Below are positions 21,101 to 30,905 of a DNA stretch of 64,000 bases, piece by piece. The translations under genes and the position numbers were made by a program. Source of the DNA: Hyphomicrobiales bacterium (GTDB lineage Bacteria; Pseudomonadota; Alphaproteobacteria; Rhizobiales; Xanthobacteraceae); NCBI GenBank assembly GCA_017305515.1, contig JAFKKP010000301.1, positions 349-64,348 of the forward strand, given 5' to 3'. How positions within the stretch are numbered: position 1 is the first letter of the stretch; the number at the start of each line of letters is the position of its first letter. The notes under the pieces were generated by a model. That model did not search any database, had not been told where the DNA came from, and worked only from the letters and a program-made list of their open reading frames with translations.

Positions 21101-23413
21101 CACGACGTCAAAATTGGCCGCATCGCCCTCGGCGACGTTCTTGTTGGCGAACAGCGGCTTCACGCCAATCATGTTGGCGTTGGGCGCGACCGGCAGCGTC
21201 AGCTTGCGCTCGACCGCGCGGCCGCCGGTTTCCACCATGCGGACGAAGATCTGGGCTTCCTGCGGACGGCTGGAGGACGGTGGCTTGGCAAGGCTGACCT
21301 TGATGGTCGCCTTGCCGTTGGCATCGGCCTCGGGGAGGTTTTCCAGCGGCGTGCGCTCGTTGGACGAGGTTTCCTCGTCGGCGACGCCGAATTTATAGCC
21401 CTCATAGCCCGGCCGATTTGCCGTCGGCGCGACCAGCAAGTCACCCTCTAAGGAAAGCCCGGAAGCCGGTGCGCCATAAAGGAAATGTCCGTCAACCTCA
21501 AGTTCTACTGGAACTTCAGGAGATATTTGCTTCGATTTGGAATTTAACGAGAATTCGATGCGATCCGGGACGTAATCCTCGACCATGAAGGTGGTCTCGC
21601 CGACAGACGGCGCCTTGGGATCGGTGAACGCCCGCACCCGCCAGGTGCCGGTCGGGACCGCCGAATTGAGCGGCAGCGTCAGGCTGTGGCCGCCCGCCCC
21701 CTGATCCGGAACGGTGTTGCGGCGGAATTCGACCCCGTCGGGCCGTTCGATCACCAGTGTCAACGGCGCGCCGATGGCGGCATTGCCCTTCCCGTCCCGC
21801 AACAGCGCGGTCAGGTACACCGTTTCGCCGGAGCGGTAGACGCCCCGCTCGGCATAGACGAAGGCATCCGGGCCGGCCGGCATCGCGCGGCCCGACACGC
21901 CACGGTCGCTCAGATCGAAGGCGTTGGATTTCAGGCTGAGGAACGCGTAGTCGCCTTTGTCGCCGCTGGCCGTGAGCAGCGCAGGCGACAGTCCGCCCTC
22001 GCCGCGCGCCAACCCCGCCTCGAACAGGATGTGTCCGGCGCTGTCGGTTTTCTTTGAGCTAAGAATTTCGTTGTTGCGCGCTACGAGCCTGACTTCGGTG
22101 CCGTAGGTCGGCGCGGTCGTCGCCAGCGAATTGATGAAGACGTGGATGCCGTCGTTGCCGGAGTAAGCCGTGAGACCGAGGTCAGAGACCACAAACCACT
22201 GCGTCGCCAGCGTGCCCGAATAATCGTCATCATTGTTCGATGACGCACCCGGCCCCTTTGGCGCCGCCGTCATCACATAGACGCCCGGCTGCAATTCGCC
22301 GACCGCCTGATCGACCGGGAACGCAGTCACGACGTCGGCGTTGAGCTTGTTCTCTGTGGCGATCTCGCCAGTCCAGACCTTCACGCCCTTCTCGTCGCCG
22401 AGCGAACTCAGCTCGTAGCTTTCCAGGCTGCGCTGGAAGTCGCCGTCAACCACCGAATTGATGAGGTTGCGGTCGCCGATACGAAACACGTTCACCGCAA
22501 CCGACGGCGTGTTGACGCTGACGAGCGGAATGCCCTTCTGCCCGGTACGCGGCAGCACGTAAGCGCGGCCGGTGAAACGCACGAACGGCTTGCGGTCGCG
22601 GACATAGATGTTGAACTCTGCCGACTTCGGCAGCGTCTCTTTCACCGTCGAGGGAATGCCCGCGCGCAGGTTGATTGTGTAACGTTCGCCGTGCTTGAGG
22701 CCTTCGACGCAAAGCTGCTTATCCTCGGACGTCAAAGCCGGCTTGTCGGTTCCGGCGAGCGCCACGAACGGCGCGAAATCCGCGCGCTTGGCGAGGTCTT
22801 CGGAAAACTGGAAGCAGGCGCGGGGCGAAGCGGAATCCGAATCCACGCTGTAATCGACGAGCTTGAAGCCGTGATCGTCGCGCAGCTTTTCATACTGTGC
22901 GCGGATGTCGGCGACCTCGCGCTGATCCAGTGACAATCGATAGGCATCGAGCGCCGGACGCCAGAGCTTGCGCTCAGCCAGCGCCTTGCCCAGTACGGCA
23001 AGAGCGTCAGCTTCCTCGCCCGGATTGGCCGCGCGCTGATAGGCGATGTAGGCGGCGGTCGATGCGCGCTCGTTGAAGAATGTCTGTTCGCGATTGTCGA
23101 CTGCGCGGATTTGCAAAATCGTCCGCGCCAGACGCAGCCAGTTCCCGCTGTCTTCCGGTGCCACGGCGGCGGTCTGTCCGAGAAGCGTCAGCGCGCAGCG
23201 CAGATCGCTTTTCTTGAACGCGGCGTCGATGTCGGCCTTGAGCGCGGACGGCGACTTTGAAATCACCCCCGCCTCGGTCTTGATCTGCGCCTCAAGCCGT
23301 ATTGCCGAGTCCGCCAGCTCATCCCGCTTGAAGGCCTTGTCCGCCGCCTGCGCCGAACTCAAGGCAAGCGCCAGCACTGCGCCAAACGACAACGCGCGAA
23401 CCAAACCGATCAT
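18182..23413 (-). CDS. Bacterial alpha-2-macroglobulin
   Basis: 1743 aa with signal peptide; ERGVYRSGE, AAVDVGIL, thioester motif YPFGCSEQ, VEDMY.P. Confidence 0.93.
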   Translation of the reverse strand: MIGLVRALSFGAVLALALSSAQAADKAFKRDELADSAIRLEAQIKTEAGVISKSPSALKADIDAAFKKSDLRCALTLLGQTAAVAPEDSGNWLRLARTILQIRAVDNREQTFFNERASTAAYIAYQRAANPGEEADALAVLGKALAERKLWRPALDAYRLSLDQREVADIRAQYEKLRDDHGFKLVDYSVDSDSASPRACFQFSEDLAKRADFAPFVALAGTDKPALTSEDKQLCVEGLKHGERYTINLRAGIPSTVKETLPKSAEFNIYVRDRKPFVRFTGRAYVLPRTGQKGIPLVSVNTPSVAVNVFRIGDRNLINSVVDGDFQRSLESYELSSLGDEKGVKVWTGEIATENKLNADVVTAFPVDQAVGELQPGVYVMTAAPKGPGASSNNDDDYSGTLATQWFVVSDLGLTAYSGNDGIHVFINSLATTAPTYGTEVRLVARNNEILSSKKTDSAGHILFEAGLARGEGGLSPALLTASGDKGDYAFLSLKSNAFDLSDRGVSGRAMPAGPDAFVYAERGVYRSGETVYLTALLRDGKGNAAIGAPLTLVIERPDGVEFRRNTVPDQGAGGHSLTLPLNSAVPTGTWRVRAFTDPKAPSVGETTFMVEDYVPDRIEFSLNSKSKQISPEVPVELEVDGHFLYGAPASGLSLEGDLLVAPTANRPGYEGYKFGVADEETSSNERTPLENLPEADANGKATIKVSLAKPPSSSRPQEAQIFVRMVETGGRAVERKLTLPVAPNANMIGVKPLFANKNVAEGDAANFDVVFVSPEGKSLARSGLRYELMKIESRYQWYRQGSSWDYEPVKSTKRVADGDVTIAADKPARIATNPQPGRYRLDVKSADADGPITSVQFDVGWYSDGSADTPDLLETSIDKPEYKSGDTMVVSVNARSAGKLTINVLGDRLLTTQTSDIKEGQNKVNISVGKDWGTGAYIVATLRRPLDAAAQRMPGRSIGLKWFGIDKSERTLKVSLNPPALIRPNSTLKLPVKVEGAGRGEDVKIVLAAVDVGILNLTNYKPPAPDDYYLGQRAMTSEIRDLYGQLIDGMQGTRGQIRTGGDGAGAELQGSPPTQKPLALYSGIVTVGSNGTAEVSFEIPEFAGTARVMAVAWSATKVGRANTDVTIRDPVVLTATLPRFLLTGDRGTMNLDLDNVEGAAGDYVINVKTSGPVSLSGNPATTMRLAAKQRSTVALAIDAPGAAGQANLDVDIKGPNGLTLARHYALDVKPATQILARRSVRTLAKGESLTLTNDMFADLVPGTGGVQLSVSLSTALDAATILKALDRYPFGCSEQITSRAMPLLYVNDLAVENHLAMDTAVDQRIKDAIDRLLARQGSNGSFGLWSAGGDDPWLDAYVTDFLTRAREKGFTVPDVLFKTALDRIRNSVVNADEPEKDGGRDLAYGLYVLAKNGAAPIGDMRYLADTKLANIATPIAKAQLAAALALVGDRTRAERVYANAVDSLQPKPVLEFGRTDYGSSLRDAAALVSLASEGSAPKATLSLAVQRVEAARGLTPYTSTQENAWLVLASRAMAKEANTVSLSVDGAPVTKALYRNYRSAEMAAKPVKITNTGDTPVQAVVSVTGAPVTPEPAASNGFKIERNYFTLDGKPADPSKAKQNDRFAVVLKITEPKPEFGHIMVVDYLPAGLEIDNPKLVSSGDSGTLDWIEDGEDPENTEFRDDRFSASIERASDDSPVFTVAYIVRAVSPGKYVLPQAYVEDMYNPSRYGRTNTGTVEVRSAK

Positions 23414-23704
23414 TTTGAAATTCTCCCTGCCAGGCGAACGGACGCCGCCTTGGAACCAGACAATGCGCGAATCGTGACCGACTCATGGCCGTGGCGCTAA
23501 CCCGTAAAATTCATTCCGTCGGCAATGGGCCGGTAGCCGGCTCCGCCTTCTGCAACGCCGCAAGTTTACGTCGCGGGCGGGCAAAGACAACGGCAGCCGT
23601 CGCGACTATGTCGAAAGCCCGCGCGGGATGGTTCAAAACACCTGTCGAAATTCGACAGCAAGGCCGGGGTTTTTTCATCTTTGGGATGATATGACAGCCG
23701 CCAC

Positions 23705-23781
23705 GGTCCCGTAGCTCAACTGGATAGAGCATCAGATTTCTACTCTGAGGGTTTCAGGTTCGAATCCTGACGGGATCGCCA
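23705..23781 (+). tRNA. tRNA-Arg(UCU)
   Basis: GGTCCCGTAGCTCAACTGGATAGAGC; anticodon arm TCAGA-TTTCTAC-TCTGA; GGTTCGAATCC; ends in CCA. Confidence 0.96.
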
Positions 23782-23857
23782 TTTTCTTCAAATGGCCTAT
23801 TTCCTTATTCAGGATTGAGTGCTGTTTTGGCTGTCGAGCTTCAAGGAGACTCGATCG

Positions 23858-25834
23858 ATGCGCCTGCGCATCCTCACCTTCGCCGGACTGCTCGCGGCCG
23901 CAGGCGCAATGTTCGCGCTGCCGGCCGGAAGTGCATTCGCGCAAAGCCCGGTCATCGGTTGTCAGGACGCCGCTGAACTGGCGATTCTGCCCGTGCCGGT
24001 GGCGCCGTGGAAAGGCGCGCCGCTGCGCGTCATCTTCGCCGCCGACAAACCGATCGAAGGCGAACTCTCGCTGATTGCGCCCGACGGCAGCGTGGCGAAC
24101 AAATCGCGCGAGCGCCGTGGCGGCCCGCCCTACTTCTGGATCGCCGAAGTCGCCGCGCCGGCCGCCGGGGCATGGCGCGCACGGCTTGTCCGCGACAACG
24201 CGCCAGCCGAATGCACCTCGTTCACGCGCGAGATTACCGTGCGCGAGGACGAGCCGCCGAAACCGACGCAGACCGCAGGCAGCGTCTGGCCGCTGCGCGG
24301 CAACTGGAATCGCGCCACCGAAAATCTTTATTCGGCCTGGATCGAAAAGCTGTTCGATTCCCCGCTCGACGATCTGCCGTCATGGAAAGCGTTGCACGAA
24401 GTGCTGCGCGACAAGTCGCGCAACATGCTGTTTAACTATCTCGGCCTCGGCGAAGACGAGATGAAACAGGTCTTCAAGCCCGATTGCGCGGACATGCCGT
24501 ATTTCCTGCGCGCCTATTTCGCCTTCAAGATGGGATTGCCGTTCGGCTACTCGAAATGCACGCGCGGCACGGCGACCAGCGCGCCGAAATGTCCGCAATG
24601 GTTCAACATTCAGAACCTCGAACCGCCGCGCCCGCTGCCGCCGGAAAAGCAGGAAGCGAGCGACACGCCGCCGCAGCCGGGTTCGCTGAATCCGTTTGGC
24701 TCCAGCCGCGCCGCAGCACCGCCTCCGCCGCCTGCTCCTGTGACGCCGAAGCGCACCGGACTTTTCCCGGCCTTCGCGCAGTATATTCCTGTCATCGGCG
24801 ACTCCGTGCATTCCGGTTCGGGGCGCACGGCTGCGACTGACGACAACACCGATTACTATCCGATCGCGCTGACGCAGGAAGCGTTGCGTCCCGGCACGAT
24901 GTACGCCGACCCCTACGGGCACCTGCTGATGCTGACACGACGCGTGGCGCAGACCGGTGATTCAGCGGGCGTGTTTCTTGCCGCCGACGCACAGCCCGAT
25001 GGCACCGTCGCGATCAAGCGGTTCTGGCGCGGCAATTTCCTGTTCTCGCAGGACGCGGCGTTCGGCGGAGCCGGCTTCAAGCACTTCCGTCCCATCGTTA
25101 GAACGAAAGACGGCGGGCTGCGGCGGATGACCAACGCCGAGATTACGCGCGACCCGGAATACGGCGATTTCTCGCTCGAACAGTCGAAGATGAGCATCGA
25201 CGATTTCTACGACCGCATGGACGACGTGCAGTCGCCTGCTCCGCTCGATCCGTTCCGCGCGTTGAAAGAAGCCATCATCGCGCTCGACGAGCAGGTGAAG
25301 GCGCGCGTCACATCGGTCGAGAACGGTCGCAAATATCTCAACAGCGGCAAGGGCGAAGCGTCGATGCCGGAAGGCCCGGCGATTTTCGAGACCACCGGCG
25401 CGTGGGAGGATTTCGCCACACCGTCTCGCGATCTGCGTTTGCTGATCGCCATCGACGTCGTGCGCGGATTTCCCGATCGCGTGGCGCGCAAGCCAGAACG
25501 TTACGCGATGCCGAAGGACAAGAGTGCTGCGGACGTGAAGGCCGAGATGGATCGCATGCTCGCGTCCGAACTGGCCTCGCGCAAGTTTTCATATTTGCGC
25601 AGCGACGGCTCGTCATGGACGCTGGCTGTGAAGGATGTCGTCGATCGCGCTCAGCTTCTTGAGGTGGCGTACAACGTCAACGACTGCGTTGAATTGCGCT
25701 GGGGTGCTGCGCCAAAGAGCGATGAAGCATCGACCTGCAAAAAATACGCCCCGGCCGCGCAGCGCGCCAAGATGGACAAATACCGCGTCTGGTTCCACGA
25801 GCGGAAGCGGCCCGTGCGCATGGGCGGCGCGTAA
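23858..25834 (+). CDS. Secreted hypothetical protein with possible papain/NlpC-like Cys-His motifs
   Basis: AAGGAG RBS, signal peptide MRLRILTF..AFAQ; DCADMPY and PGTMYADPYGHLL motifs; Pro-rich linker. Confidence 0.75.
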   Translation: MRLRILTFAGLLAAAGAMFALPAGSAFAQSPVIGCQDAAELAILPVPVAPWKGAPLRVIFAADKPIEGELSLIAPDGSVANKSRERRGGPPYFWIAEVAAPAAGAWRARLVRDNAPAECTSFTREITVREDEPPKPTQTAGSVWPLRGNWNRATENLYSAWIEKLFDSPLDDLPSWKALHEVLRDKSRNMLFNYLGLGEDEMKQVFKPDCADMPYFLRAYFAFKMGLPFGYSKCTRGTATSAPKCPQWFNIQNLEPPRPLPPEKQEASDTPPQPGSLNPFGSSRAAAPPPPPAPVTPKRTGLFPAFAQYIPVIGDSVHSGSGRTAATDDNTDYYPIALTQEALRPGTMYADPYGHLLMLTRRVAQTGDSAGVFLAADAQPDGTVAIKRFWRGNFLFSQDAAFGGAGFKHFRPIVRTKDGGLRRMTNAEITRDPEYGDFSLEQSKMSIDDFYDRMDDVQSPAPLDPFRALKEAIIALDEQVKARVTSVENGRKYLNSGKGEASMPEGPAIFETTGAWEDFATPSRDLRLLIAIDVVRGFPDRVARKPERYAMPKDKSAADVKAEMDRMLASELASRKFSYLRSDGSSWTLAVKDVVDRAQLLEVAYNVNDCVELRWGAAPKSDEASTCKKYAPAAQRAKMDKYRVWFHERKRPVRMGGA

Positions 25835-25883
25835 CGGCAAGCCGCAACGCGATCAATTCAATCAAGCTGTCCTGAGAAAATGA

Positions 25884-25913
25884 ATCGAGGGGAAGCCAGA
25901 CCTTCCCCTCGAT
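25884..25913. terminator. Stem-loop between convergent genes
   Basis: ATCGAGGGGAAG-N6-CTTCCCCTCGAT perfect inverted repeat. Confidence 0.55.
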
Positions 25914-25991
25914 CCGCATCCAAACCACAAGGGGTATCGAATGGCTTGGAAAAATTATCGCGCGTGAACGTCCGGATGCGCGACCGAAATC

Positions 25992-26027
25992 AAAACGCGG
26001 CCCGGATCATATCCGGACCGCGTTTTT
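25992..26027 (-). terminator. Intrinsic terminator of glnII (probably bidirectional)
   Basis: AAAACGCGG-C-CCGGAT-CAT-ATCCGG-A-CCGCGTTTTT. Confidence 0.75.
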
Positions 26028-26034
26028 CGTTTGC

Positions 26035-27069
26035 TTAGGCTGCCGCCTTCTTGCCGGTCGGGACCTCGGAGATCGTCTTCAGGATCTGCGAAGCGATCTG
26101 GTAGGGGTCGCCTTGCGAGTTCGGGCGGCGATCTTCGAGATAGCCCTTGTAGCCGTTGTTCACGAAGGAGTGCGGAACGCGGATCGAAGCGCCGCGATCG
26201 GCCACACCGTAAGAGAACTTGTTCCACGGAGCGGTCTCGTGCTTGCCGGTCAGGCGCTTGTCGTTGTCCGGACCGTAAACGCTGATGTGGTCCATCAGGT
26301 TCTTGTCGAACGCCTTCATCAGCGCCTCGAAGTACTCCTTGCCGCCGACCGTGCGCATATACTCGGTCGAGAAGTTGGCGTGCATGCCCGAACCGTTCCA
26401 GTCTGTGTCGCCGAGCGGCTTACAGTGGAATTCGATGTCGATGCCGTACTTTTCGGTGAGACGCAGCATGAGATAGCGAGCCATCCACATTTCGTCGGCG
26501 GCCTTCTTGGACCCCTTGCCGAAAATCTGAAACTCCCACTGGCCCTTTGCGACTTCCGCGTTGATGCCCTCGTGGTTGATGCCAGCGGCGAGACACAATT
26601 CGAGATGCTCTTCGACGATCTCACGTGCAACCGAGCCGACATTCTTGTAGCCGACGCCGGTGTAATACGGACCCTGCGGAGCGGGATAGCCTTCGGTCGG
26701 GAAGCCGAGCGGACGGCCGTCCTTGTAGAAGAAATATTCCTGCTCGAAGCCGAACCATGCGCCGGCGTCATCGAGGATGGTCGCGCGCTTGTTCGACGAA
26801 TGCGGAGTCTTGCCGTCCGGCATCATGACTTCGCACATCACGAGCGCGCCGTTGACGCGCGCCGAGTCAGGGTAAACCGCGACCGGCTTCAGCACGCAAT
26901 CCGAGCTGTGGCCTTCGGCCTGGTTGGTCGAACTTCCGTCGAAGCCCCACAGCGGGAGTTCTTCGAGTTTCGGGAAGCTGGCGAATTCCTTGAGCTGAGT
27001 CTTGCCGCGCAAACTCGGCACCGGCGTGTAGCCATCGAGCCAAATATACTCGAGCTTATACTTTGTCAT
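26035..27069 (-). CDS. glnII: Glutamine synthetase II
   Basis: LEYIWLDG, WGFDGSSTNQA, GFEQEY, NAEVAKGQWEFQ, DWNGSGMH, RLTGKHET, GYLEDRRP. Confidence 0.96.
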   Translation of the reverse strand: MTKYKLEYIWLDGYTPVPSLRGKTQLKEFASFPKLEELPLWGFDGSSTNQAEGHSSDCVLKPVAVYPDSARVNGALVMCEVMMPDGKTPHSSNKRATILDDAGAWFGFEQEYFFYKDGRPLGFPTEGYPAPQGPYYTGVGYKNVGSVAREIVEEHLELCLAAGINHEGINAEVAKGQWEFQIFGKGSKKAADEMWMARYLMLRLTEKYGIDIEFHCKPLGDTDWNGSGMHANFSTEYMRTVGGKEYFEALMKAFDKNLMDHISVYGPDNDKRLTGKHETAPWNKFSYGVADRGASIRVPHSFVNNGYKGYLEDRRPNSQGDPYQIASQILKTISEVPTGKKAAA

Positions 27070-27166
27070 TTCGATCTCTCTGTAGTTGACGATGCGTCAG
27101 GTGAGTAACGAGAAGTCTGGCGGTCACCCGGCGCCTACCCGGCCACCAACGACCAGTCCTTACTAA

Positions 27167-27182
27167 AGCATTAAATGTGCCA
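27167..27182 (-). promoter_or_regulatory. Sigma-54 -24/-12 promoter of glnII
   Basis: Minus strand TGGCAC-ATTTA-ATGCT about 100 bp upstream of the ATG; rhizobial glnII is RpoN/NtrC dependent. Confidence 0.75.
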
Positions 27183-27577
27183 GTCTGCCGCAGTGCGTTG
27201 GCCACTATGCCCAAGGCAATTTGACGGTATTTAAATGCCGCGTGCTCGCGGCAAGGGCCGATAAAACCTGCCATTTTCCAATCAAACTGCCTCGTTTAGT
27301 GGCGACGGCGCGGAAAACGGCATTCATCGAGCAAATCGGTCGCTTACCCGCGACCTTCTAGCTTTTAGGCATGCATGCACAAAAAATGCACAAATGTTGG
27401 CGCTCGCGTGAGTTCTGCTTGGTCAACCTGCCCGGGGTCTAAGCAGGAACGTTATCGTCTTTCAAACGTCGGTGATTCATCGGCGCGGCCAAACGAACGA
27501 GAATCGTAACCAATCGGGCGCAGCATCAGTGAAGTTCTGACGCGGGGTTACGAGGAGAGACGATAGGAGACACTGAA

Positions 27578-27790
27578 ATGAATACGAATTTGAACGGCGG
27601 ATCGGCGACGATCTACCAGTTTCCCGCCGGCGGACGCGACGCGGTCAACGCGCGCAAATATCCCGCGATGGTGTCCGACACTCAGGTCGCCACTGCAGCG
27701 GCCTATGACAGCTGGTACCACGATGAAGCGATCCGCGACTCGCAGCGCGTGAAGACAGCCATCGTGCCGACGACGTTTCCGCGCCACTGA
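27578..27790 (+). CDS. gstI: DUF2735 / glutamine synthetase translation inhibitor
   Basis: SATIYQFP.GGR and SWYHDEAI motifs; divergent from glnII as in Rhizobium; AGGAG RBS. Confidence 0.75.
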   Translation: MNTNLNGGSATIYQFPAGGRDAVNARKYPAMVSDTQVATAAAYDSWYHDEAIRDSQRVKTAIVPTTFPRH

Positions 27791-27800
27791 CGCTTCGGCG

Positions 27801-28742
27801 TCAGCCGCCGAAGATCGACCAGCCGAGCCGCTTCGAGAGCTTTTCAAGTGCGACCCGGCCGAGGTGCGAGTTACCCGCCGCGTCCAGCCCCGGCGACCAT
27901 GCGGCAATCGAGGCCTTGCCGGGCGCAATCGCCAGCACACCTCCCCCGACGCCGCTCTTGCCCGGCAATCCGACCCTGAACGCAAACTCGCCCGATCCGT
28001 CGTAGTGACCGCAGGTCAGCATCACCGCGTTGATGCGCCGCGCACGCTCGGCCGGCACAACGTGCATTCCGGTCGAGGGATTGACGCCGTGATGGGCGAG
28101 AAAGCGTCCCGCCATCGCAAGCTGCCGGCACGACATCGCAATCGCGCATTGATGGAAATAGACGCCGAGAACGAGATTGACCGGATTGTCGATCACGCCG
28201 AACGACTTCATGTAATTGGCGAGAGCCGCGTTGCGGAAACCGGTCTGCTGTTCCGATGACGCGACGTTCTCGTCGATCTTGATCGATTCATCGTCGGCAA
28301 GAAAATGCATGAAGCGCAGAATTTCGCCCAGCGCCTCGCGCGGCTGATGCCCGGACAGAATGACATCGGTGACGGCGATGGCGCCGGCATTGATGAAAGG
28401 GTTTCGCGGAATGCCGCGTTCGCGCTCAAGCTGCACGATCGAATTGAACGGACTGCCCGACGGTTCGCGGCCGACGCGGCGCCACAGATGATCGCCGACT
28501 TTTCCGAGCGCAAGCGTCAGCGTGAAAACCTTCGAGATACTCTGAATCGAGAACGGCGTGTCGAAGTCGCCCCCTGCCCCCACATTCCCCGCCTCGTCGA
28601 TGACGTAAAGACCGAAGGCGCTGTTGTGAACGCGCGCGAGTTCTGGAATGTAGGACGCGACCTCGCCGCGATCCGTGCGCTCCTTCATCTCCTCGGCGAT
28701 GTCCTTGACGATGCGGTCGAGGTCGGAAGCGGAATAATTCAT
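27801..28742 (-). CDS. glsA: Glutaminase
   Basis: [41 protein letters not shown]. Confidence 0.94.
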   Translation of the reverse strand: MNYSASDLDRIVKDIAEEMKERTDRGEVASYIPELARVHNSAFGLYVIDEAGNVGAGGDFDTPFSIQSISKVFTLTLALGKVGDHLWRRVGREPSGSPFNSIVQLERERGIPRNPFINAGAIAVTDVILSGHQPREALGEILRFMHFLADDESIKIDENVASSEQQTGFRNAALANYMKSFGVIDNPVNLVLGVYFHQCAIAMSCRQLAMAGRFLAHHGVNPSTGMHVVPAERARRINAVMLTCGHYDGSGEFAFRVGLPGKSGVGGGVLAIAPGKASIAAWSPGLDAAGNSHLGRVALEKLSKRLGWSIFGG

Positions 28743-28749
28743 TATCGTT

Positions 28750-29157
28750 TCATTTCGCGCGCATGTCCGGCGCGACCCAATTCAAGCGCCCGTGCCGATC
28801 GGTGTCCGTGAATGGCGCGCGCTTCTTATTATCCCAATATTCGCCCCGTCCAACATAGATAAACGCCTGAACGGCCTCGTTGCCCGAAAGCACGATGCCG
28901 GTTTGCATCCGGTCGTACATGCCGCTATCGACGCTCTCCAGATCGTCGAGTCTGCTCAGAGTTTCATCATCGACATCGTACACTTCGCCCGCGATTTGCT
29001 TGGCACCATCGCCGATGTCGCGAAGCACCGGGAAACCGCCATCGAGCATGCAGTATCCGGCAAGCGTATGCGCTTCGCCCACAAAACGCGCGCCGTCCAG
29101 AAAATGATGATTTCGCAAGCCGCGCTTCAAAGTGCCGTAGACAAAAACGCGGTGCAT
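28750..29157 (-). CDS. Gamma-glutamylcyclotransferase (AIG2-like)
   Basis: [23 protein letters not shown]. Confidence 0.88.
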   Translation of the reverse strand: MHRVFVYGTLKRGLRNHHFLDGARFVGEAHTLAGYCMLDGGFPVLRDIGDGAKQIAGEVYDVDDETLSRLDDLESVDSGMYDRMQTGIVLSGNEAVQAFIYVGRGEYWDNKKRAPFTDTDRHGRLNWVAPDMRAK

Positions 29158-29190
29158 GGCCTGCTTTAAGTCTCTTGCGACCCCCGGCCG

Positions 29191-30729
29191 TCAGCGGCGC
29201 GCGACGAAGAACCGGGAGTTGGCGTCGGCAGAATTAGCGGCGTTCTGGCCGACATCGTCAAGCCTTGCGAGAATGTCCTTGATCGGGAAATCCGCCCAGG
29301 CGTGGCTGACGAAGTCGCGGTGTGAAATATCGCCCGCCGGCAGGAAGGTCACGCTGCCCGGCATGCGGTTCGGTTTCAGTTCGGCGCTGTAGGAAATCGA
29401 CTTGTCGTCGAGCAGCCGTTCAAGCTCGACGTTTCGCCCGCGGGTATGCGGCGTGTAGGAGCTGACAAAAAACGCCGAACGGTTGCTGGCGATCCAGTCC
29501 GCGAATTTATCCATCCCGGCATAGAGCGCATCGAGAAGCACGATGCCCCGGATGCGCTGGTTGACGCCGCCGCGATCGAGCACAGACAATGTCGGTCCGA
29601 AGCCGCCGCTATAGGCGACAATGACGATCGGCATCTTGGCAAAAGCGCGCGCGGCACGCGGGTCGCCGCTCAGTTTCGCGAATTGCTTGGCCGACTCATC
29701 CATGAAGCGTTTGAAGCCGTCCTTCTCCCAGAACTTGCCCGCGCTGGAATCGGCAGCGTTCACGGCGAATTGCGGCGCGACCATCACGGCATTCACGCCG
29801 GAGGCGGAAATCTGCTCGGGCACCTGCTGGCGGTCGCGCACGTCGTCGGACAGATTGGCGCCGTGGCCGTGGAAGAACACGACAATCACGCCGGGCTTGT
29901 TGGGATCGAAGCCTTGCGGGATGTGCAGCAGCGCACGGCGGTCATTGAAGACTTCGGACGCTTTCAGCACGCGCCCGCGGAAATTGGTGTGGCCGCGATT
30001 GGCACCCTCGCCCCGATCCAGAAATCGCCTCTCGGAATTCGGCATATTGCCGTTGTAGGGAAACGGCGCGGATTCGAAATCGACCAGAACTGTTTTCGCT
30101 TCGCGGCTCGCCGAATTGCGCTGAGGGGTGACGGCTTGCGGACGCGGCGTTACGCGCGGAGCAATGGCGTCCTGAGGCGATGCGCTGGCAATGCGATCCG
30201 TGCGCGCAGTGCTGGTCGCCTGACGCGTTCTGGTTTCGAGTGTGCTGAAACTACGTGCGATGATTTCCGCAGGTGCAACGGCGTCACGCCGCGGGCTTAA
30301 CTCGCGAACCGGCGCAGGCTCCGGATCGCCGTCTTTGGCGCGAACCGACGTTGAGGCGAAATTGCCGCGCTCGATTTCATCAGGCGGCAGGATCGAGACC
30401 TGCTGACTGATGCGCGTTTGCGCGCCCATTTTCCCATAGAGAAATGCGGCGCTTCCGGACATGGTCGCGACGAACAAAAATGCGCAGGCATAAAGCGCGT
30501 ACCGGGCGCGGCGCAATTCGCGAACGGCGGCATCGGTCGACGGAACGCCGCGCGTTTCCACCACGACATAGCGTTCGGGACGCCTGACGACAGCGGGATC
30601 GGAACTGAAGCGGCGCGCGCGATGAACCGCGCCCTGCGGCAACGACGGGCGCTGGAACGACTGCTGCGCGGACGAATTGCGATGACCAGTTTGCACGCGG
30701 TCCCCATCCGAATTGCCGCGGAACCTCAC
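29191..30729 (-). CDS. Membrane-anchored alpha/beta hydrolase
   Basis: One TM helix, then VVFFHGHG, AYSGG nucleophile elbow, LLDALY, late His; start uncertain. Confidence 0.75.
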   Translation of the reverse strand: MRFRGNSDGDRVQTGHRNSSAQQSFQRPSLPQGAVHRARRFSSDPAVVRRPERYVVVETRGVPSTDAAVRELRRARYALYACAFLFVATMSGSAAFLYGKMGAQTRISQQVSILPPDEIERGNFASTSVRAKDGDPEPAPVRELSPRRDAVAPAEIIARSFSTLETRTRQATSTARTDRIASASPQDAIAPRVTPRPQAVTPQRNSASREAKTVLVDFESAPFPYNGNMPNSERRFLDRGEGANRGHTNFRGRVLKASEVFNDRRALLHIPQGFDPNKPGVIVVFFHGHGANLSDDVRDRQQVPEQISASGVNAVMVAPQFAVNAADSSAGKFWEKDGFKRFMDESAKQFAKLSGDPRAARAFAKMPIVIVAYSGGFGPTLSVLDRGGVNQRIRGIVLLDALYAGMDKFADWIASNRSAFFVSSYTPHTRGRNVELERLLDDKSISYSAELKPNRMPGSVTFLPAGDISHRDFVSHAWADFPIKDILARLDDVGQNAANSADANSRFFVARR

Positions 30730-30905
30730 CGGACAGTGTGGTCTTAGTTGGGTGAAATTACCGCCGGCAGCCTGCCTTCCAATGCCGAAATACGCAGCAA
30801 AGCAGCCACAACTCGCAATAACTGACGCAATATAGAAACCCAGCCGGTTAACAACGCGCTAATTTTGCGTTGGTTCAGCCTCGAATTCGGCCCGGCTATG
30901 GCGGG

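Noticed and set aside
23705-25834. Island integrated at tRNA-Arg(UCU)
   Set aside because: No integrase, no 3' duplication seen, and host-like composition downstream.
30847-30862. CtrA-like site TTAG-N7-TTAAC (minus strand)
   Set aside because: One mismatch and an uncertain start for the downstream gene; too weak to call.
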